In this document: positions 12,876 through 27,930 of the stretch, one piece after another
How positions within the stretch are numbered: position 1 is the stretch's first letter
How the letters are laid out: each line of letters begins with the position of its first letter
From: Octopus sinensis
Taxonomy: Eukaryota
Length of the DNA stretch: 64,000 nt
NCBI RefSeq assembly: GCF_006345805.1
Contig: NC_042999.1
Coordinates: forward strand, 107,508,001-107,572,000
Direction: 5' to 3'
Made by a program: the position numbers and the translations under genes
Notes under the pieces: model-generated
What the model saw: only the letters and a program-made list of their open reading frames with translations
Told to the model about the DNA's origin: nothing
Database searches by the model: none

Positions 12876-12922
12876 TCAATAGGATAGTTTTGCATGTATG
12901 TATGTATGTATGTATGTGTAGG

Positions 12923-12956
<34 letters not shown>

Positions 12957-13129
12957 TGTATGTATGTATGTATGTGTGTATGTATGTATATGTATGTATG
13001 TATGTATGTATTTATGTATGTATGTATGTATGTATGTATGTATGTATGTATGTATGTGTGTATGTATGTTTTGTTTTATGTATATATTCTCATGCATATA
13101 TTTGCATATCTAGACATGCTCATATATGT

Positions 13130-14210
13130 TTTAATGACAAATTTCTGGAAAATTTTACAGATTTTTACAGTTCCAGTGATGGATTGGATCTGTAGTTTTC
13201 GAATTAGCTTTCTTCTTTCTGGTTTTAAGTAGCATAATTTCTCAAGAATGGTATTTAGGCAGTGTGTTACATATCCCAGGGCCCTAATAATTACAGGTAC
13301 AAATCTGAACTTGTAATCTGGACAGAGTAACTGCAGATTTCTAAATAGTTCAGCTAAGGTATTCTCTTTTTCACTGATCTTCAGCTTTACGTTAATATCC
13401 ACTTGGCAGCTAATTTCCACAACTGTGCATAGTTTCTCTTCTCTATCCCAAACCATTATATCAGATCTGTTGTGCCTACATTTTATTGAGGTCTTCCCTG
13501 GGACATTCCACCAGTACTCCTTTTCATTATGAGTGGCTATGGCTGTGTATATATGTATGTCTCTTCTATTGTTTAATTATAATAAATGTTCCACTGAGGA
13601 GGGAGCCAGTTTCCAACAATGATACAAAGATCCATCTTTGGTAGTTAACACAGACAAATTCACACTTGGAACTTTGAGAAAAGTCTTGCATATTTTGGCT
13701 TCCACTCATAGATTGTACTTGTAATGTACGAATTAGTCAGTTGGTTTCTCTCTCTGAAAATCCTAATTTATCCAGATTCTCCCTTAAGCATTTACTAACA
13801 AAGTGCTTCAATTATTATTGGTATGTATATGAATTCATAATCAGAATATAGAAGCTGAAGGTTTCGAAGCAGTTGTCAATAAATATCCTCTTTTTCCTTG
13901 ATTTTCAATGGGATGCTTATATCTACAGGGCTGCTGACCTCTATGATGGTATATACCTTTGCCCCTCTGTCCCAAACAGCAATATAGCCTGTTATGTTTA
14001 CATTTGACAGAAATTTTGATAGTAAGTTTATTTCAGGACAGTATTTTTTGTGGATAGCATTGTAAATTGTTTTAGCAACATCATACCGCATTGGGAGGTA
14101 GTACCATGACAACACTTTAGGGCATCTGCTAATCACATGCACGATGTCTTCCACAGAGACATGACATAGCCTCCACATGCAGTTGCACCTTTGGATTACA
14201 AGAGTGTCAC
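13130..14210 (-). pseudogene. Two tandem 3' fragments of an RLE-type LINE
   Basis: ORFs 13076-13456 (VWDREEKLCTVVEISC...FVPVIIRALGYV) and 13876-14226 (CRLCHV-type knuckle, EDIVHVISRCP; VWDRGAKVYTIIEVSSP). Confidence 0.75.
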
Positions 14211-16109
14211 TATCTCTCTTGTTCACCAGGTGTATATGTATTTATATATATGTGTGTTTTTCTTCATTATTCACCCTTTCATGGGAAAGGTTACTAAATC
14301 TGTGATTATTTCTAATATTTCCGCGCAAGTTTATATCAGTATCTTAAACAATGCTTTAGTTTGTTACCTCAAATCCTAATACTTTTCATAACATCTATAA
14401 CATGTTACCACAATTACAAAAATAATTTTTTCTAAAAAAACTTTATTGCATTTTTACTGTTTCTTTACATGTTCTTTTGCAATGTTTCAGAAGTTTTATT
14501 GTTGTTTTTCAATGAAATAGTTTTATTTTTTATTTTATTTTATTTTATTTTATTTTTGTTGTTGTTATTGCAGACTTGGACAACTGTATATTTGAATAGC
14601 AATTGTTTTTATGGATGATAACCCTTTCTTATTGTTAAGCACTCAGCCATAAATCAGATGAGGAACCTGTTTTGTCAGCCAGGCAGTTTGAGGAAAGCAG
14701 AGCGCAAAGTATTGTGCAATGCCCGGAAGCATATAACACAATGAGTTTCAGTAGGTTTACAATTCCTGACCATGTGATTTACTGTCTTAATCTTGCAGTC
14801 ATTGTTCCTATTATAAATACAGAAACTTTATATGGGTTTTTCTTACATTTTTCTTTCTTAAAAAAAAAAATTAAAAAATAAATAATTAAAAACTTTTAGT
14901 CATACCTAAGAAAAATGTACATCTCCAAATCAAAGAACTTTTTCTGTCCATTAAAACAAAATATATATACGTATATAAAATGAAAATAGTTACAAAAAAT
15001 ACCATAGAATTATTGTATTAATGGCCTATTTCTCACCTTTCAAGATGTTTAGACGTTATAAACATGAATGGATGTATTTGATATTGATTAAGCAATGATA
15101 AAATGTGACAGCTAACTAAAATCCTTTTAGGCATTGAGATTTCACTTAAAGTATGCCATCCTTTCTATCTTTTTTACATAGTCATCTAGAAGAAAAGAAG
15201 AAGAGAACAAGTACTCATGCACAAACTGTCTTGTATGTATGCCCATTTGTGTATATACGTCTGTGTTTGTACATGTGTGTATGTATGCATGTATGTATGA
15301 ATATATGTGTGCATATATATATATGTGTATGTATATATGTATTTGCATGTGTATGTATCTATGCATAGACGCATAAAACATACACATGCATATTAACACA
15401 TAGACACATACGCAAATACATACATGCACGTGTTATGGGTATGGCATCTTTACAGTGAAATGTGGTTTGTTTTACTCTTTTCCTCTTTCTCTATTAGAAT
15501 GTTTCAAATATGATTTAGAAATTATTATTGAGAATATTTGAATAAAAGTACAAAAACTATTGAATTTTATCGATTCTTTTCAGGTTAACTTCCACAAATA
15601 TGCTCATTCTTTTATCAAAATATGCTCATGTGTGAATGTGTGTATTTGTGTATGTGTATATATGCATATAAGCATGTTTGTGTGTGTGTGTGTATTTATA
15701 TGACATGTTTTCATATATGTATATACATATGTTTATATGTAATATACTGAAATATGAAGAGGAAGGCTAACAGAGAAATGGGTGAGAGACAAAGAAAGTG
15801 TTAAACAGATCAAGAAATAGGTACACTAATGTACTTTTGCTCATTTTAATGTGTGAAATTGCACACAAACACACACACACACACACACATCCTTATGATT
15901 TTCTGAATAGATCTACATATATACATCATTTTCTAGATTTACATGTTAGTTAAAAATAAAATAACTTTTATAAAATACAAGTTGTAAATAGATGGTACAC
16001 CCATATACCTACCTGCATACACATACGCAACTATAACCACTATTATTTATTTTGATTGCACTTTTTTTCTGACTTATAGGTGCGTAACTGATAAAGTATA
16101 CACACACAT

Positions 16110-16172
<63 letters not shown>

Positions 16173-16173
<1 letters not shown>

Positions 16174-16296
16174 TATTGATAATTGGCATAAGTTACAGAG
16201 TGACTCAAGGGCCAAGAGTTTCGTGTGTTGGCACTTATAGACACATGAAACAATTGGCCCTTGAGTTAGTCTGTAACTTCAACCAATTATTAATAA
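16173..16296. repeat. Imperfect ~55 bp-stem hairpin containing the 3' half of an HHR on the minus strand
   Basis: Paired blocks with symmetric internal loops and a 12 nt loop (16229-16240); minus strand reads GAA-ACTC(ttggccctt)GAGT-C-ACTCT. Confidence 0.8.
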
Positions 16297-17699
16297 AGAA
16301 ACACACATATACTCATGTTGTGAATTCTGTTTTCCTGCCTGCATCATCAAACCTATAAATGTGTGTGTGTGCGTGTGTGTGTGGGGGTGGGGGTGCGTGT
16401 GTGTGTGTGTGTGTGTATTTGGGTGTGGGTGTGGATGTATCATATTTATTTATAAATTGAAGTCAAAAATTTCAATTTCAAATGACTTCCTTTTAGCATA
16501 ATGTTTGATGATAATTATCTTTATTTAATCTTTGAATGCTAAAATCAAGGTTGGGCATCTCCTTTTGCTTTATAAACACACTTGTTCTTCCTATACCTAC
16601 CTACATATCTACCTACCTACCTTCCTTCCTGCATACACGCATACATACATATTTACATACACACACAAACAAACTTATACACAAATATATATATAGGTTT
16701 ATGTGTGTGTATTTAAATATAAATATATATATATGTATACATATATAGTAAGAATTGTAAAGTATATTAAAACTGATGTTTTACATAATGCAAACAGTAT
16801 CTAATGTAGAACTCAATAGACTAGGTAGAGCAGATAAGTACATTTAATATAAAAATGTTGACAGCTTACTCCGAATTCCATCTTGAGCTCAAACTAAGCT
16901 TGAACAAAACTCAAAGTAGATGATCAATTGATTATATAATAAGCACATAGACACACACACTGACTAATACATACACATACACATGCACACAAGCATGAAC
17001 GCACACATACACATGCATACACACATATACAGACATATATATACACACAAATAAAAGAACATAAGTCATTATTGTTGTTTGAAATAACATTAATGAAGCA
17101 ATGTTTACATCATAATCTTAGTCTTAGTTTCTCCCACAACCATGAAGCATGAGAGATATCAAGCCAGCATAATCACATGCCCTGTGAAGAGCCTGCTCTG
17201 AGGTCAAAATGTCCTTCACAGTCCTCAACCAAGTCTTGATTGTCCGCCTTACCCATCTGGCTTCCACTCTCACTGTTTTTTTTTTTTTGTTTTCCATAAC
17301 ACTGGCTTTTGCATAACACATGGATGAGAATCCTACAACATTTCATCATGATGGTATCCCAAAGGTTACTCAGACCAACTCTTTCGGCCATTACTTCATT
17401 CCTGGTGTGGTTGTACCTTGAATTTTTTAGAATGGACCAAAGGCACTTTCTTAGGAATATGTCACTAGTTTTATAGAATTTGCTTCACTTTTCTTACATC
17501 TCATAAGCATAAATCCCCATCTGCATAATTATGGATGAATACAAATGGAGTTTGGTGCCTTGATTGGGTGCCATGATGGGTCACATAGGTTTCAGGTGTT
17601 AAGAACTGCTGCATCTCTGCTGAATTTCATCACTTCATCACTTTCTGAGTTTCTATCATAAGCTATTGTCTAAATAAGCCACTCCACTTAACACTTCAC

Positions 17700-17922
17700 T
17701 CCCCAGTCCAAGGAACTTTGTTTTGCAACTTACTTGGTGACCCCACCGGTGCTGGTGGCATGAAAAATGCACCCAGTACACTCTGTAAAGTGGTTAGCAT
17801 TGGGAAAAATATCCAGCAGTAGAAATCAGGTCAAAACAGACAATAAAGCTTATCACAGTCCTCTAGACTGCCAGCTTTTGTCAAACCACCCTACCCATGC
17901 CAACATGGAAAAACAGACGTTA

Positions 17923-17960
<38 letters not shown>
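17700..17960 (+). mobile_element. RTE 3' tail fragment
   Basis: cccatgccaacatggaaaaacagacgttagatgatgat tail. Confidence 0.65.
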
Positions 17961-17964
<4 letters not shown>

Positions 17965-18347
17965 AATGTTGATGATAATGACGACGACAATAATAATGAT
18001 GATGATTTGATGAGCTCCTGAGTCTGTATACATAGTACAGGTATTTGTTGACTTAAGTGTAAGATGACTATCAGTGAATATAAAGAGCTTTATTAGCAAC
18101 ACAACATACAGATGTACATACATATTGAAGATATAGGGAGTAGACAATGTATTGATATTTCATATATTGATATTTCATCTCCATGTAGGCCATACAGAAA
18201 CAGATTATACAGATGTTGTACTGATAATTATTATTGTGATCTAGAAGAACAAATGATAAAAATAATAACATCGTTGATGTAACATTAAGCCTTGCCATTA
18301 TATTGCTATTGTTGTTGATAGTGATGGTAGTAGTAGTAGTAGTAGTA

Positions 18348-18390
<43 letters not shown>

Positions 18391-18559
18391 GGTGGTGGTG
18401 GTGGTGGTGGTGGTGGTGGTGGTGGTGGTGGTGGTGGTGGTGGTTGTGGTGGTGGTAGTGTTTAGCCCTGTGTTGACCTCTGATCCAGTAAACCTATGAT
18501 TAAAGACAATCAAGCTGTGACTATCCTCATCCTGTTTATTTTTTAAATATTATATAAGG

Positions 18560-19040
18560 CAAAGTGGCCGAGCTCCTGGGCCTCATGGAGGCCAAATGAC
18601 TGAGTTCCTTTCAAGTGTTGGGTTTAACAGAGGCTAGGTGGCTGAGGTCCTTTTGAATGGGCCTCGCAGAAGCAAGGTGACTGAGTTCCTTTCAAGTGTT
18701 TGGGCCACATGGAGACAAAGTGGCCAAGCTCCCTTCGAGTGTTGGGCCTCATGGAGGCAATGATTAAGACCTTTGGCATTATGTCATGCTTGAGGAGAAG
18801 ACCCATCAAGCCAAGCAAAATTATAGTCATGGTGGATACCAGTGTCACATAAATGATATCCATGCTGGTGGCACGTAAAAGCACCCATTACACTCTCAGA
18901 GTGGTTGGCATTAGGAAGGGCATCCAGCTGTAAAAAACCATGTCAAATCAGACTGGATCCTGGCACAGGCTTTCAGCGTGCCAGCCCAGCCAAACCGTCC
19001 AATCCATGCCAGCATAGACAACGGACATTAAATGATGATA
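18560..19040 (+). mobile_element. RTE 3' UTR fragment with internal duplication
   Basis: Homologous to 4700-5240; gggcctcatggaggc is repeated. Confidence 0.7.
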
Positions 19041-19522
19041 TAGCATACCTATAATATATTATGAAATTTTGCTTTCCATTTTTTATGACTGTAGAGTATG
19101 ATTTGAAGGAGATTTAGTTGTTATTTTAGCAGCTCAAACCACTTCATAAAAGTTCCTTGTCAGCACAAATATGAGTGATACTGTATATTATTTATGTAAC
19201 ACAGAACATTAAAAGAGATGGTTTTTGGCTCTCTCTCTCTCACAAGTAGCAAACTGTTAGATTTCTTATGAAGCAGAGAAGTTACTACAAGCAGGCAAGA
19301 CAATTTTTATGTCGATAAACATCAGCTGTGATAAAACTAGTTGGAAAATGTTGTGCAACATTTATTAGAGCATAGAAGCTTACAAGTGTTTATATTTTGG
19401 GTGGGTCTTGTTGAAATGCTTACTTTTTTTTATCTTACATCTCATATGATATTTAGATAACATTTTCTGAGATGTACTGAAAATAGTGTTCTGAATTTTC
19501 TGCTGTTGTATGAAGTATAAAT

Positions 19523-19577
<55 letters not shown>

Positions 19578-19979
19578 ATGTATGTATGTATGCATGCATT
19601 CAAGTATATATAAACGTGTGTATGCATGTATGCATGCAAGTATATATAAATGTATGTGTGTGTGTGTGTGTAAATACATACACACACACGCATGTGTGCA
19701 TGCACACACACACATACATATATATATATAAAATCATTATTTCAGATATGTTATTTTGGCCCTTATCTTTACATTCACCTACATTATACACATGCTCTGT
19801 CACCAACATTTTGGATAGTATATTCTAAAGAATTAATTTCATTTTTCATTCTATATACAAATGCATGAGTGGTCTTTTACTGTAAAGGAGAGTATTAACT
19901 TCTACTTTTTATTCTTGCTAAGATTGTAATAAATCTAAGATTAAATTTTCCCATTTTATTATTTACCAAAGAGAAAGCT

Positions 19980-20180
19980 GTGAACTGACTGTATTGTTAA
20001 CATGCCACACAAAACATTTAGCAGCATTTCATCCGTCTTTAAATTCTGAGATCAAATTCCACTGAAGTCAGCTTTGCCTTTATTCATGTGGGGCTCGGTA
20101 AAATAGGTAACAGTCAAGTACTGGGATCAATGTAATCGACTTGCCCCGTCCCTCAAAATCTTTCACCTTGAGCCAAAATT
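19980..20180 (+). mobile_element. SINE B
   Basis: ttctgagatcaaattccactgaagtcagctttgccttt...gtaatcgacttgcccc. Confidence 0.65.
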
Positions 20181-20279
20181 AGAAAAAAATGTTTACTGAA
20201 GAGGAAACAATTAACTATAACTTTGTATACTTGCTAACACTGTGATAATTTTAAATTTTATTGTTTTATTATTTGTCTT

Positions 20280-20590
20280 ATTTAAGTTAGAGCATCAAGC
20301 TTATGATCATGAGGCTGTGAGTTCGATTCCCAGACCAGGCTGTGTGCTGTGCTCTCGAGCAAGACACTTTATTTCATGTTGCTCCTGTTCACTTAGCTGT
20401 AGAAATGAGTTGCAGCATCACTGGTGCCAAGCTGTATCAGCCTTTGCCTTTTCCTTGGATAACATGGAGTGGGGAGGCTGGTATGCATGGGTGACTGCTT
20501 GTTTTCCATAAACAACCTTGCCTGGACTTGTGCCTCAGAGGGTAACTTTCTAGGGGCAATCCCATGGTCATTCATGACTGAAGGGGGTCA
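20280..20590 (+). mobile_element. tRNA-derived SINE (family C; second copy ~27940-28130)
   Basis: B-box gagttcgattccc followed by gcaagacactttatttcatgttgctcc in both copies. Confidence 0.65.
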
Positions 20591-22265
20591 CCTAGGTTAG
20601 TCATATTCTAAACTTGTTTGCTTCCTAGTCAAGGAGCAAAGTGTAGAATCTGTAACTTTGCATTTCTTTTTTTCATTTTCAATGCTGATAGAAGAATGGA
20701 GAAAGTTATTCTAGGGCTGGAGATCTAGCCAAAATGCCTCTACCAGAGTGAGATCCTTCGAGATGTTCCAGGATCAGATGGTGAGGTTAAGCAACATGAT
20801 AATGGGTATCTACTTTCCAAGACCTTATAAGGGAGAGACCCAGAACACATATAGCCAGGCCTCTCATCAGGTTCTTTAACAATTTTGATAATCTCCAGCC
20901 ATGGAGATAATCCAGCCAAGAATAAAAAATGAAGATAACCTGTGTGGAAACTGAACTCAAGTAGCAGAGAACCAGAACAAATATCACAAACCATTTTGCT
21001 ATAAAGTGTTATCACCTATGCCACTTCAGTACCCAGCAGCTTCATTCTGAATTTACTTCGTTGTAGAAAGTTGTCGTTTATCGGTTTGTTAATGATGTGT
21101 AAGTTTTTCTGGCACAGTTCAAATAAAAAGAAAAGAACCTAATGAGGGAATTGCAACATTGTCATCACTTAATCTGCTAAAAATAGTAACTAAATTTCAT
21201 TCAGACAGCATCCTGCCATTTTAAAGAAAGGACAAATTGGATAATATAATCTTTAGACAAAACCCTGAAATGATGGGTGTTCACGCCTGGAATGCCTTTA
21301 GACAAAGATCTGCTCAATCAGGATTGATCTGGAACTAAACAGCAATATGATATAATTTACTGCAACCAATTAAGCTTATATTGAATTCTCATAATAGATT
21401 CACTTTTATTCTACCTTTACATCTTCCCAACAAACATCATCATTATCATTGTCATCATTGTCGTAGTCATCATTGTCATTGCCATTGTCATCGTCATGTT
21501 CATCATCATCATCATTATCATCATCATCATCACCACTATCCATCTACTTTTTTTGATGCTCATACTTTCTACATAATATAAAAGGTTCCATATATGTGAA
21601 TTGAGTTTTGTTCCTCCCGGCAAAATCCTTAGAACATTAGAAAACATGTTAGCAGCATTTTGTTATGTACCTCTATATACTTCCAAGGTCAATAAAAGGA
21701 AGTACCAGTGAAGTACTAGTGTTGGTTATATATTCCTATAAAAAATCCTAGATGCAAATAATATTTTAAAAGCAGAACACTATCACCAATATTCTGTAAG
21801 AGCTTAGATTTATTTTCATGTAAATGGTCAGAAATCTTATTCACTATCCTGATTATATTTTTTAAAATTTTCCTGCTTTAATACTTCTGTCTTTCCTGTT
21901 TTGAAGAATAATAGGTGACAGCAAAACGTGAGGAAAAACAAAGCACCATAGAGATGTAATTCTGTAGAGGAAAAACAGGACAAACTATTTTGTCTGAGAT
22001 TGAGAAAGCATTTTTTCATATTAGTGACTCTGCTGCTGACCAGTTGCTTTGGGAGATTCTTCATCATATAATTACACAATTCCATACTGAGTGTTATATG
22101 TGCAAAGTTATTAGATATCCTAAGCAACAATGCATCTCAAGTGGGCATTAAAAATTCCTGTCCACATAGCTGAATAGATTTTGATCTCAAAAAATTAATT
22201 AATCTTGCTAACATCAGGAACTACTGTCACAAGAATGCAAACGATTGCAATGATCTAAAACTGAA

Positions 22266-22757
22266 TAGGCTCAGATCAATTTGGCCACAGAACAATGCAA
22301 AGGAGAAAAGTTAATGCAAAATTAGTGTCACAGATATATGAAAAGGAGAAAGTTAATGCAAAATTAGTGTCACAGATATATGAAAACAATAAACACAAGT
22401 GAGATTGAGGAAAAGCATTCATTATCCTGCATATATGAAAGTCTAGAGCTTATTTTATTAGAATTATTAGAATTTTATTACAATTATTAAACTTTCATTA
22501 CATTTTTATTACGGTTATTACAATTGTTGTTGTCTAGAAATATTATGTTCCTTATAATTTTAATTCATTAACTGTTAGCATGAATATGAAGTGAAATAAA
22601 ATTACATACCAGCTTTCAACAGACATTGACTACAACAGACATTGACTGCAATCATTTCACTTGCATTGTATTTATTGTTTTCCTATATCTGTTACACTAA
22701 TTTTGCATTAACATTCTTCTTTCCTTTGTTCTATGGCCAAATTAATCTGGAAGCCTA
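22266..22757. repeat. Old imperfect inverted repeat (~110-140 bp arms, ~240 nt spacer) with a ~42 bp tandem duplication in the left arm
   Basis: aatttggccacagaac...gttaatgcaaaattagtgtcacagatata is matched by its reverse complement at 22648-22757. Confidence 0.7.
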
Positions 22758-23702
22758 CTGCACAGATTATAATTATAATGCTGTTCACAGAAATAGATCT
22801 AATCTATTCCTTTTAACAAAGGGAAAACTTATAAGGGTTAAGGGAAATTGAATGGATAAAATATTTTAACATGTGATTGCATACGGTTTGCAAACAATTA
22901 TTGCAAAACTTATGATGGAACTTGTATTTGTCATATGAACAATTAGAAATAAAAGCAGCAGTCAAATCTCCCTCAACTCACACTCTACTGATTTATGAGT
23001 AGCTTTGGTCAGCCTTGGGCTATATTTAAAGACACTTGCCCAAGATGCCATATAGCATAACTGAACCCAAAACCTATAAAATTTCAAAGTGAACATTCTC
23101 CATATGAAAGACCCCTCAGAAGTGCTCAAAAGGGTAATAAGTTATAAAAAGAAAAGGTGTTTTTTCCAATCACATATTGTTCTTTTGCATAAATTTTATT
23201 TCAGGCAGATATTCATTCAAACAATATAAAAAGCTTTTTATCAACACCTATGGCCTTCTTTCTGTTTTCTAAGACAAAAAAAAAAAAAAGAAAAAAAAAA
23301 GAGAAAATTAGAATGTGAAGAATATGTCTAAATTGATTATTTTTTGGTTGAAAACCCAATGCCATCAGAGTTTATTTCTGGTTGTTCTTTTTTTTTTAAA
23401 TAATGTGATATTGATTTGGGCATGTAATTAGTGATTCTGTCTAATAGATTAGAGAACTCTCATGTTTGTTCAGTGAGAACTTGCTTATTAACATTTCATT
23501 AACAAACAGATTTCCAAAATGAGCTCTTCAACCATGAACAGAGATATAGAAAATTTGAATTATTTATTAAGTCACTGAGGATAAGCCACTTGACTGGAAA
23601 TATTTACATTACTTCTTCACTTGCACACAAAAAAGCATTTTGTTTGATATACAGAATATCATATATGTGCATGTATATTTACATATAAATATATATATAC
23701 AT

Positions 23703-23733
<31 letters not shown>

Positions 23734-24064
23734 GGCTCGCATATGATATGTAAATGCATATACATACACACACATATAAATGAGAAGCAGAGAGAAAGAG
23801 AATGAGGAAAGTAGAGAATGATAGAAAAATATATATGTACAGAGCAGATTCACAGCATTGTAAACAATCCAGAAGTGTAAATAATTTAATACAATGATGT
23901 AGAAAAGATTATGAATTTAATTTTAAACTGAAGTTGCATAGTTTTGGCTATAAGTTTATATTTTACCAGATCTCGAGCAAGTGATGGAATAAATGAAACA
24001 GTCTAGTATCTATTTATTATATGGGATATAACATATAAAAATGATTGAACAGGCATATACTCTC

Positions 24065-24269
24065 TCTTTACTTGTTTCAGTCATTTGAATGTGGCCATGC
24101 TGGAGCACCGCCTTTAGTCGAGCAAATCAACCCCAGGACCTATTCTTTGTAAGCTTAGTACTTATTCTATCGGACTCTTTTGCCAAACCACTAAGTTACA
24201 GGGACGTAAATACACCAGCATCGGTTGTCAAGCAATGTTGGGGGGACAAGCATAGACACACAAACATAT

Positions 24270-24302
<33 letters not shown>

Positions 24303-24460
24303 CGACAGGCTTCTTTCAGTTTCTATCTACCAAATCCACTCACAATGCTTTGGTCGGCCTGAGGCTATAGTAGAAGACACTTGCCCAAGGTGCCATGCAG
24401 TCAGACTGAACCTAGAATCATGTGGTTGGTAAGCAAGCTACTTACCACACAGCCACTCCT
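24065..24460 (-). mobile_element. SINE family A, full length
   Basis: Complete family motif set from the tail gtcatttgaatgtggccatgctggagc to the head ttaccacacagcca. Confidence 0.9.
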
Positions 24461-26044
24461 GCACTTATATATATTAGCAATATAAATCTTTTTGATGTCA
24501 CAGGAACATATGTTGATACCAAACACATATTAGTCCATTCTCAAATATTAAATGAAAATTCCCTATCTCTTTGGTAACCTATATCCAACACCTCAAAGAT
24601 GATGGTATACCTTATCAATTCCTTGGTTTATCATTAATACTGTAATACTGTATCTAGGAAGCCAACTAGCATTTAATTTATTCTGCCAAGAATCTTTAGA
24701 TGTATTTCATAAGAATTAAGAATTCCTCCTTAGTAGGTTCTGTGATGTAAATATCTTCTTTTGTCACAACTATTACAAAACTTACTCGTATTACCATAAA
24801 TCATTCTGCTCTACCAAACTAGATAACTAACATGGAGTTCAACTCCTAATTACTTGACCATCCTTCCACTTCCAGCATAACACTTGTTGTTTACTGAACG
24901 TTGGTTCAGAGATTTTTATTCTGCCTCCTGTGCATGGTGACATCACTATGATGACCATCCCACTTTTCTCAAACTCTATTATTCTTTCATGTTACACTTT
25001 GGTCTGTTCTCTGTCTTGAGAGAAGGCTCTTCCATTGCACATTCCTACTTGTTCTTCCTTCTCTTACCATTAGTTAGTAATTCACACTCACTCTCCAGTC
25101 TCATCTTCCTTTCCCTTGTATGTGATACTTACACTTCACACTGTGTCCACGCTATACAAAGCAAGTCTTTATACTTTGATAGAGTTCAGTTTTATTTCTT
25201 ATCCATTCCTGTATATGATTAATGAGGTTCTTTTGAACTGGCCAGCTACCCCATATCTCTCACTACTTACCAATATATTCATGTTTATAACTCTTGTGCC
25301 AGTAGCAGACAATTTTTATTGACTGACTCATCAATAGTTGCCCTACCTTCTCCCTCTTCTCCTTTCTCCAGCCTGGGTCCTTCTATCTTTCTCCTCTCTC
25401 TTTGTACTCTGCAGCATTCCTTTGACCTCTCAGTCCCTCTCCCTTTATCACTCCTAACTAATTCACCCACTTTGCTTCACCCCACCTACCTTCCTTTTTA
25501 CCTCTCACTACAACCTTTCCTTATGTCTCTATGTCAATTAATTTTTTTGATTCAATATATATTTTCAAACACTATCCCTATCATACAATTTCCCATTCAA
25601 CCACTGAAAAGAATGCCATTGACTCTGCTGCATGAAACCATCAGCATCCATGTTAGTTGATACTTTACTTTCATGTATACTAACAATGTTGCCTCAGTAT
25701 TGCACCTTCTTGCATAACATGCATTGTTCCAGTCACTGACTATTTGAAACAGCTGGTAAGATACAAACTAATTACATAAAAATCTTATATGCAACTTTCT
25801 CATGCTTGTTTCTCATTTGTCTTTCTGCCTTCATATCCACTTGCTTTTGTTCATTCTTTTAGCTGACTGGTCTACGTCTAGACTACCTCATCGAGATGAA
25901 GAAAGTAGACTCTAGGAATTTGATCTATCTGAGCACTATTTGATGACTAACTATAAAATGCATATACTACCATTTTATGACCCACTGTATGCACACACAC
26001 ACACACATATACACATCCATGTGCACGTGTGTGTGTGTGTGTGT

Positions 26045-26755
<711 letters not shown>

Positions 26756-26764
26756 ATATATAGA

Positions 26765-27215
26765 TCATCATTATCATCATCGTTTAACGTCCGCTTTCCA
26801 TGCTGACATGGGTTGGACAGTTTAACTGAAGGCTGGCAAGCCAGAAGGCTGCACCAAGCTCTAATCTGATCTGGCAAAGTTTCTACAACCAGATGCCTTT
26901 CCTAATGCCAACCACTCCGAGAGTGTAGTGGGTGCTTTTTACCTGCCACCGGCATGAGGGCTAGTCAGGTGGTACTGGCATCGACCATGCTTGAACAGGA
27001 ACCATTCAGACAATACTGTCATCGGCTATGACAATGACTTCACTTGTGTCAACAGGTCTTCGTAAGTGCAGTTGATTGCCCAATGATTGAAAGGTACTCT
27101 TAAATGGGCTGGCTAAGCTGCACTGGCATAGGCCAGGGTTATGGTCTCACTTGGCTTGCCCGGTCTTCTCAAGCACAGCACATCTCCAAAGGTCTCGATC
27201 ACTTGTCATCACCTC
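26765..27215 (-). mobile_element. RTE 3' UTR fragment
   Basis: catcatcgtttaacgtccgctttccatgc tail; homologous to 151-465. Confidence 0.75.
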
Positions 27216-27379
27216 CATGATCATTGGCATTATGCAAAAGTTTCCTAAGTCCAAAATGTTGCTTTTGCAGAAAACGAAAAAATAGTTTTACCATTCCATT
27301 TCTTCTTACACTAGCAACAGTTTCAGCTGAACAATAATATTTTGTTGGGTGCATAAAATCATAACTCCATGCAAGTATG

Positions 27380-27930
27380 GTATTTTCAGTCAGAAATACT
27401 TTTGCAAAACTGTTGTATGTGGGACTTACCACACTTTTGAGAAAATGCTAAACTGTTGTACTACACTTTGACAATTTTCATATCTTGGTATATGAAGCAG
27501 CTGGAGATATGATAGTTTGACCAAAAGAACAGCAAAATTAAATACTGAAAGAAATGCTTTGGGCCAAATTTGGACATACGACAGTTTGACATAAAAGCAA
27601 CGGTATATAGACACAAATTTTGTTTACGGCTATGCAGCCAAATATACTGGCATTGATGTAGTGGATATTTCAAAATTTTGCCATCGATGAACCTAGCCGA
27701 AGAAGACTAACCAAATTTATGACATCAAATGTATTTTGGGAAGTCTGAAACTCAAGTACTAGGTTATCTATTCTAGGTTGTCCATTTCCTAGAGGTAAGG
27801 AGAAATTTTTTTATGTTCACCACCCACGCACATGTTTGCTTTCACATAGTGTCATATGGTTATTGACTGCTATTTCCAGCAAACATTGGTGCCTTGTTGT
27901 GCCACTATTTCCTATTTATTGATTTTGTGT
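27380..27930 (+). mobile_element. Highly decayed PLE 3' end (GIY-YIG remnant, HHR, tail)
   Basis: AKLLYVGLTT and DNFHILVYE...LKEMLW fragments upstream of the HHR at 27690. Confidence 0.5.
27690..27765 (+). ncRNA. Type I hammerhead motif with long stem II (U4C)
   Basis: AACCTAG-CCGAAGA-AGACTAACCAAA...TTTGGGAAGTCT-GAA-ACTCAAGT-A-CTAGGTT; 7 bp stem I; stem III is one CpG-type change from the palindrome ACTCGAGT; GUA site. Confidence 0.8.

Noticed and set aside
14574-14760. Strong plus-strand acceptor (ttgttattgcag) before unique sequence
   Set aside because: All three frames hit stops within 45 nt; a UTR or non-coding exon cannot be excluded
20825-20875. Minus-strand CTGATGA followed by a hairpin
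   Set aside because: No GAAA, stem III or cleavage triplet
21960-22150. Open frame with LSEIEKAF...LLWEIL
   Set aside because: At best a very decayed LINE RT fragment; not a supportable gene
25730-25770. ctgactatttgaaacagctggta, HHR-like
   Set aside because: Stem II is absent and stem I is unclear
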